From IMG/VR virus record IMGVR_UViG_3300032307_001039: a stretch of 64,000 nucleotides of DNA; one strand, 5' to 3'. Shown in pieces: positions 58,317 to 64,000 of the stretch. The notes under the pieces are model-generated. The model saw nothing but the letters and a program-made list of their open reading frames with translations. It was not told the origin of the DNA and made no database searches. The number at the start of each line of letters is the position of its first letter. The stretch's first letter is position 1. The position numbers and the translations under genes were made by a program. The DNA comes from an uncultured virus (IMG/VR IMGVR_UViG_3300032307_001039). Lineage: Duplodnaviria > Heunggongvirae > Uroviricota > Caudoviricetes.

Positions 58317-59200
58317 TTAATTATTTTATTATCAACTGAATGAATATAAGTTAATAATTCTAAATAATTTTTTTTCTCTTTTAATGCTTTCATTTCTTCA
58401 TAAAGTTTATTAAAAAAATTATGAATGCTTCCTATTTTAGTTTCTATTTCTGTGTTTTTATTTATAATTTTTTGACATAACTCGTCGAGTTGATCTTCAA
58501 CTTGATCAAGAGTCAAAAATATGTTTTTACTTTTAAATTCGGAAATAATTAATTGAAAATTAATAAATTCAAATGATCTTTCTATTTTTTTATCATTCAC
58601 AGACATATTCACCCATCTCTTTGCTATCTCTGCTTTTTCTTTAAAATGAGAAAGAATATTTTTAGGATATTTAAAATAATACATATCAAGATAATTATCT
58701 AATTTGATTTTAAAATCATTATATAATCGATCATAAATTAATTCCCAATCAAGTAAACCTTCGTCTATTAATTCCTGTTCACTTTTATCAACTATTAAAT
58801 TTAAATCAACATCTATTTTTTTTGTGTTAGAAATTTCTATTATTCCTTCTTCTAAAAGCTCTTGTAAATTTTTTCTAACAATTATATTATTAACTACTTT
58901 ACAATCATTAGGTATTTCTAATTCTCCCTTTTGCCATTTTTCAAAAAGATTTAATTCCACCCAATCGCCAATTTCTTTATTCCATTTGTATCCTTTAGGC
59001 GGAAAAATAGTACCAGGATAAATATTATATGGATCATCTGGGAATTCTGAATTATGTTCAAGAACATAATCATAAACTTCAATAAATAACGAATAAAATT
59101 CTTCTTTTACTTTTTCACCTTTTGTGTTGTAAACATATATTTTTAATACATTATTTTCATTCTGATTTACTTGTATTTCTTCTAGTTCTAGTTCTTCCAT
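58301..59200 (-). CDS. hypothetical protein, tail-fibre-assembly-chaperone-like
   Basis: P.GYKWNKEIGDWVE followed by helical region; position after the fibre-like gene; function is inference. Confidence 0.55.
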   Translation of the reverse strand: MEELELEEIQVNQNENNVLKIYVYNTKGEKVKEEFYSLFIEVYDYVLEHNSEFPDDPYNIYPGTIFPPKGYKWNKEIGDWVELNLFEKWQKGELEIPNDCKVVNNIIVRKNLQELLEEGIIEISNTKKIDVDLNLIVDKSEQELIDEGLLDWELIYDRLYNDFKIKLDNYLDMYYFKYPKNILSHFKEKAEIAKRWVNMSVNDKKIERSFEFINFQLIISEFKSKNIFLTLDQVEDQLDELCQKIINKNTEIETKIGSIHNFFNKLYEEMKALKEKKNYLELLTYIHSVDNKIIKWIKS

Positions 59201-59261
59201 TTTAACCCATTACATTTTAAATATTAATAAAATATATTTTACTTTAAATAAAAATTAATCT

Positions 59262-60179
59262 CTATTTATCTTTTTCCATATAATATAAAACTTTTTCTGG
59301 TTCTGTAAATTTTACTTTTTGATTATTTTCGCCAAATGGCCGACAATAAGCCATAGTGTCTTCATTTTTTTCAACAAGATTTCTGTGAATAGAATAACCA
59401 AAATGTTCTGGTCTGGTATCACCCCATATAACTATTGATGATTTAGTGCCTGCTGACATATGCTGTAAAGATGAGTCTATACAAATAATGTGTTTCGCAT
59501 ATTTAGTTAACCAATAATAATTTTTATAATGTACTGCAGGTTGCATAGTTGCTACCATTTTATTTATTTCATAAGGCATAGGTTCATTCATTAAACCATA
59601 TCTCAGAATAACATGCTCTGGATAAGCGTCTTTTATTTTTTTAATCAGTTCTACATAGTAATCAAATGGATAATGTCGTTTTGATCCTTCATTGAAAAAT
59701 GAAAATTCTTGTGTGCCATGCTGTTCAAAATTATGAGGGCTTTGACCGCCGTTAAGTTGAATTAAAATTAATTTATCTTTTGTTGACTCTCTAATTTCAT
59801 TAACTATTTTATCAACTGTAAATTTTTCATTTTCATCCATAAAAATTTCTGGTTTCAATTCCATACCATTTTCAACTTTAATACCGCATAGATCTCCCCA
59901 AACTTCTAAAAGATGACGTTCTTTTTTTATAAAAGATTCCACATCGTAAGGATCTGTCATAACTATTTTTGTTGAATCTTTTAGTATTACATTTCTGTAG
60001 AAAGTTTTATCCATAATTGGATTTATTTTAGCGATATATGGATTACCAAAGAAAAGATCACCGTATGGTGTAATTAAATATATATTTTCATATTTTTCGT
60101 GAATTAAAGGTATAAGTGAAGTAAAAGCTATATGTTTACCTACGCCACCAGATATCTGTATTATAATATTTTTTTCCAT
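59262..60179 (-). CDS. GT9-like (heptosyltransferase-fold) glycosyltransferase
   Basis: SGGVGK.I, ICIDSSLQH, IVIWG.T....FGY. Confidence 0.78.
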   Translation of the reverse strand: MEKNIIIQISGGVGKHIAFTSLIPLIHEKYENIYLITPYGDLFFGNPYIAKINPIMDKTFYRNVILKDSTKIVMTDPYDVESFIKKERHLLEVWGDLCGIKVENGMELKPEIFMDENEKFTVDKIVNEIRESTKDKLILIQLNGGQSPHNFEQHGTQEFSFFNEGSKRHYPFDYYVELIKKIKDAYPEHVILRYGLMNEPMPYEINKMVATMQPAVHYKNYYWLTKYAKHIICIDSSLQHMSAGTKSSIVIWGDTRPEHFGYSIHRNLVEKNEDTMAYCRPFGENNQKVKFTEPEKVLYYMEKDK

Positions 60180-60212
60180 ATACTATTATAATACAGATGC
60201 TTATTAAAATGT

Positions 60213-63200
60213 TTAAGTTAAATAATAAATTGAAGATTGACCTGGAGTTGCACTAGTTATTGTGCCACCAGTTCCACCTACTCCTCTAATGCCTGCGGTT
60301 CCTGGAGTACCACAACTTAATGTTGCAAAATTTGACCAAGTTCCGCCTGCTCCACCGCTGCCATTATTAGCATTTCCTATTGCATTCACAGAACAATTAT
60401 TCCATATAATACAGCTAAAATATAAACTTGAACAAAGATTAACTGGTAAACAGTGATTAAGTCCACTGTTATTTCCAATTTGCCCAAAATTATTTAAACC
60501 CCATGCATATAATTTACCATCTAACCCAATAGCATAGCTTGAACCATCAGCGGCACATATACAAACAAAATTACAACTTGGACATATATTTACAGGTAAA
60601 CATTGATTAGTTGTATTACCATTACCTAGTTGTCCATATAGATTATATCCCCAAGTATATAACTTACAATCAACTCCAAGAGCAATAGTAGATCCACAAC
60701 AAGAATCAATAGCTATAAAGGCACAAGATGAACATATAGCTACTGGAGAACATTGAGTAACGGTATTACCATTACCAATTTGCCCAAATGAATTAACTCC
60801 CCAAGCATATAACTTATAATCAGTACCTAAAATGTAAGCAGTTGCACAATTTGAGTCTATACATATAAAAGTACAAGAAGGACATATATTAAAAGGAGAA
60901 CATTGAGTAACAGTGTTACCATTTCCAACCTGACCAGTAGTATTACTTCCCCAAGCATATAATTTAGAATCAGTACCAAAAGCATAAACTGTTTGATAAG
61001 AAGGATAAATAACTACACATCTAAAATTACAAGATGGACAAATTGCAATAGGTAAACATTTCGAATTTAGCCATTCTCCGTTTCCAATTTGTCCTTGATA
61101 GTTATTTCCCCAAGCATATAGTTTAGAGTCAGTGCCAATAGCATAAACAGATCTATTTTCTTGTGCTATAAAATTAAAAGTACAAGAAGAACAAATATTT
61201 ATTAATGAACATTGATTAGTAGTATTCCCATTACCAAGTTGTCCACAAGTGTTACAACCAGCTGCATAAAGCTTATAATCTGAACCAATAGTGTAAATAT
61301 TTTCTCCAGAAGGTAATAGACAAATAAAAGTGCAATTAGGACACACATTTAAAGGTGAACATTTATTAACTAAACTAGAATCTCCAAGTTGCCCAGCATC
61401 GTTACGCCCCCAAGCATATAATTTAGCGCCAGTATCAAGAGCATAAGTTGAAAAACTTCCTGGAACAACATCTCTAAAATTACAAGAAGGACAAATAGAA
61501 ACTGGTATACATTGATTACTAGTATTACCATTGCCTAATCTACCATCTGAATTAAACCCTGAAGCAAATAGTTTATTATTTACATCAATAGAGAAAAAAG
61601 CTCCATTAGAGGATTTTATTGTTTTAATATCACAAGAAGCACAAATAGCTAAAACCAAAGTTTGATTACTAAAATTACCATTGCCTATCTGTCCAGTGCT
61701 ATTATTTCCCCAACCATATAATTTTTCTCCAGTCCCATTAACTCCATTTTCTCCATTAAGTATTGCATTAGCACAAAAACTATTATTACATAAAAACTGA
61801 GTACATCTACCAACAAGAAGTACTCTACCTGAACTTCCTTGCCCACCTTGACCACCTTGTCCGCCATTACCACCGCAAGCACCAGTGTATGATGTTCCAT
61901 TTGAATGTGTACAACTTTGTCCTAAAGAACCAGGTGAACCAGATAAAGCATTTGAACCAGTTGATCCAAATGTTAAAATAGAGCCAGAAACTGAATTATA
62001 AACCATTAACCCTAAGCTTCTACCAGCGTTACCACCAGAACCGCCTGTACTACCATCTCCACCTGCACCACCATTAGCACCTAAAACTTGTATTGCTCCA
62101 CTTCCGCCAGATCCTCCTCTTCCTCCTCCGCCGCCACCTGCAGAAGGAAAAGTTCCTGTACCACCTGTTCCTCCAACTGAACCATTAGAACCAGCAGTTG
62201 TTCCAGTACCATTAGCACCAGCAGAAGCATTTGTGCCAGCAATTCCACCACCACCAAAAGTAAAAGTATCAGGAGGTGTTCCAAAACCTGCAGGAGCTGA
62301 AGCAGGAATACTGGTTGGACCAGCAGTGGTAACGCAACCACCGTCTCCTCCGACAGTTGCATCTGCTATTGGTGAAGTTATACCAGCAGCACCACCCGTT
62401 CCGCTTCTGCTTGTGGTAATTGGCCAAGTTGCAGCAGGTATTCCACCTGTTCCACCTGCGGTAGCGCTAGTTGTATTACCAGAAGCTCCTGTTCCGCCAT
62501 TTCCGTGAAAACGATTGTTTGGAGTTGGTAGTGCATCCATGTTTTGAGCAAGATATGATGGATAGTTATATCGACAAAAAATTGATTGTCCTCCACCTCC
62601 TCCACCGCCACCTGCTCCTCCTAAACCACCTGCTGGAGCTATTACTGTGTATGTATTACCACCTAAACCGCCTAAACCGCCATTTGTGGTTATAGCATGT
62701 GCATTGTCACCTGAGACAGTAAATTTATTAAAAAATAAATGACCTAAAATTTGATTTGGATTACATTGACAAGAGACCGTGCAATTATTTCCAACTTGAC
62801 CTAAATTATTAACTCCCCAACCATATAATTTATTGTTAATATCAACTGCATACATGGTGTAACTATTGCATGATTCAAAAAGACACTTAAAATTGCAAGA
62901 TGGACATACATTTACGGGTAAACATTGATTTGTCATATTACCATTTCCTAGTTGACCCCAAAAGTTACAACCCCAAGAAAACAATTTACAGTTTGTATCT
63001 ATAGCATATGCTGCAGTAGCATCAAAATTTTGAAAAACACAAGTAAAACTACAAGTTGGACATATATTTACAGGTAAACACTGATTAGTTGTATTACCAT
63101 TGCCTAATTGACCGAAATTATTACATCCCCAAGAAAATAATTTACAGTTTGTATCTATAGCAAAAGTAGTTCCACATCTAGAGTATACACTAATGAAATT

Positions 63201-64000
63201 ACAAGTTGGACATATATTTACAGGTAAACACTGATTAGTCGTATTACCATTTCCAAGTTGACCTACACTATTGTCTCCCCAAGCATATAATTTACAATCA
63301 GTTCCTATTACATGAATATAATTATAACAAAAATATGTATAGAAAAAACCGCCAAATGGATTTGGCGTTGTGCAAGTAAAAACATAATATGAATTATTAA
63401 AACTATTAAAAGAGCATGCGGAACAGACAGCGACTGGCGAACTTTGATTAGTTGTATTACCATTGCCTATTTGCCCTCTGTTATTTAATCCCCATAAAAA
63501 TAATTTATTAGTGGTTGTTAATGCTACGGTGGTACAATTATTTGAAGAAGTACAGTTAAAAGTACAACTTGGACAAATTGCTACTAAAGAACATTGATTA
63601 GCTGTGTTACCATTACCTATTTGACCAACATCGTTACATCCCCAAGCATATAATTTATCGTCAGTTCCAATTGCAAAATTAGTTGCAAAACCATTATTTA
63701 TAATATTTTTAAAATTACAAGATGAACATATGTTATAGAGAACACATCTATCAATTAAATCACCAGTACCTAACTGCCCAAGATTATTTAGACCAACTGA
63801 ATAAAGTTTATTATCTGTACCAATAACAAAGCTACTTGCATATGCATGACATATTACATTAAAAGAACAAGAAGGACATACAATAGCAGGAGAACAAGTA
63901 GAAGAATTGGTGCCATTTGCTAAACTTCCGTTATCGTTACGACCCCAAGTATATAATTTAAAATCTGTTGTTAATGCATATGTACGCTTAAGATTTGGCT
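60213..64000 (-). CDS. Cys-rich RCC1/BLIP-II-repeat, Gly-rich fibre/receptor-binding-like protein (5' end outside window)
   Basis: I read the frame from 62984 to 64000 and found no stop; 17 KLYxWGxNxxGQ(L/I/V)GNG-type repeats visible. Confidence 0.85.
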   Translation of the reverse strand, partial: PNLKRTYALTTDFKLYTWGRNDNGSLANGTNSSTCSPAIVCPSCSFNVICHAYASSFVIGTDNKLYSVGLNNLGQLGTGDLIDRCVLYNICSSCNFKNIINNGFATNFAIGTDDKLYAWGCNDVGQIGNGNTANQCSLVAICPSCTFNCTSSNNCTTVALTTTNKLFLWGLNNRGQIGNGNTTNQSSPVAVCSACSFNSFNNSYYVFTCTTPNPFGGFFYTYFCYNYIHVIGTDCKLYAWGDNSVGQLGNGNTTNQCLPVNICPTCNFISVYSRCGTTFAIDTNCKLFSWGCNNFGQLGNGNTTNQCLPVNICPTCSFTCVFQNFDATAAYAIDTNCKLFSWGCNFWGQLGNGNMTNQCLPVNVCPSCNFKCLFESCNSYTMYAVDINNKLYGWGVNNLGQVGNNCTVSCQCNPNQILGHLFFNKFTVSGDNAHAITTNGGLGGLGGNTYTVIAPAGGLGGAGGGGGGGGQSIFCRYNYPSYLAQNMDALPTPNNRFHGNGGTGASGNTTSATAGGTGGIPAATWPITTSRSGTGGAAGITSPIADATVGGDGGCVTTAGPTSIPASAPAGFGTPPDTFTFGGGGIAGTNASAGANGTGTTAGSNGSVGGTGGTGTFPSAGGGGGGRGGSGGSGAIQVLGANGGAGGDGSTGGSGGNAGRSLGLMVYNSVSGSILTFGSTGSNALSGSPGSLGQSCTHSNGTSYTGACGGNGGQGGQGGQGSSGRVLLVGRCTQFLCNNSFCANAILNGENGVNGTGEKLYGWGNNSTGQIGNGNFSNQTLVLAICASCDIKTIKSSNGAFFSIDVNNKLFASGFNSDGRLGNGNTSNQCIPVSICPSCNFRDVVPGSFSTYALDTGAKLYAWGRNDAGQLGDSSLVNKCSPLNVCPNCTFICLLPSGENIYTIGSDYKLYAAGCNTCGQLGNGNTTNQCSLINICSSCTFNFIAQENRSVYAIGTDSKLYAWGNNYQGQIGNGEWLNSKCLPIAICPSCNFRCVVIYPSYQTVYAFGTDSKLYAWGSNTTGQVGNGNTVTQCSPFNICPSCTFICIDSNCATAYILGTDYKLYAWGVNSFGQIGNGNTVTQCSPVAICSSCAFIAIDSCCGSTIALGVDCKLYTWGYNLYGQLGNGNTTNQCLPVNICPSCNFVCICAADGSSYAIGLDGKLYAWGLNNFGQIGNNSGLNHCLPVNLCSSLYFSCIIWNNCSVNAIGNANNGSGGAGGTWSNFATLSCGTPGTAGIRGVGGTGGTITSATPGQSSIYYLT

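Noticed and set aside
42858..60179. Bacterial LPS/capsule locus, i.e. host DNA rather than phage
   Set aside because: No transport, polymerase or housekeeping genes; continuous with phage-type genes on both sides, although chimerism cannot be excluded without reads
60213..64000. CRISPR array or DGR template/variable repeats
   Set aside because: Repeats such as 63051-63089 and 63201-63239 are in-frame coding RCC1 units; no spacer pattern, no reverse transcriptase, and no adenine-specific mismatch pattern seen
1..64000. Stop-codon reassignment
   Set aside because: Conserved genes are full length and tightly packed in the standard code; TAA, TAG and TGA all end genes at plausible positions

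Overview
Very AT-rich, gene-dense segment of a large (jumbo-type) tailed phage genome in the standard genetic code. No database searches were run; all calls rest on motifs read from the sequence. 0-8 kb: accessory genes, including a matrixin-like lipoprotein, a Ro60/TROVE protein followed 4 nt later by an atypical tRNA-Met(CAU), and Hsp20. 8-26 kb: replication and nucleotide module. It holds a family C polymerase (DnaE) split into two separately promoted genes whose junction carries catalytically dead intein-like remnants, a thymidylate-synthase-fold enzyme with the dCMP-specifying Asp, a solo TnpB, UvsW-like helicase, RecA/UvsX, gp32-like SSB, a PD-(D/E)XK nuclease and two tandem AdoMetDC-family decarboxylases. 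27-42 kb: four tandem ~1250-aa paralogues with a T4-like capsid-targeting leader, a positionally conserved beta-clamp-binding-like motif (QLDLF/QLELF/QKEFLF/QPLLF), a conserved WxSCM core and divergent helical tails. 43-60 kb: a biosynthetic island with two truncated adenylation enzyme + acyl carrier protein modules, a flavin-dependent halogenase homologue, DegT aminotransferase, NDP-sugar epimerase, acetyltransferase, about four glycosyltransferases, two SGNH proteins and two 2OG-Fe(II) oxygenases. It lies directly downstream of a Cys-rich RCC1-repeat, Gly-rich fibre-like gene that runs off the right edge. Best candidates for undescribed biology: the packaged clamp-motif paralogue array, the intein-remnant split DnaE, and the fibre-linked acyl/glycan tailoring island.
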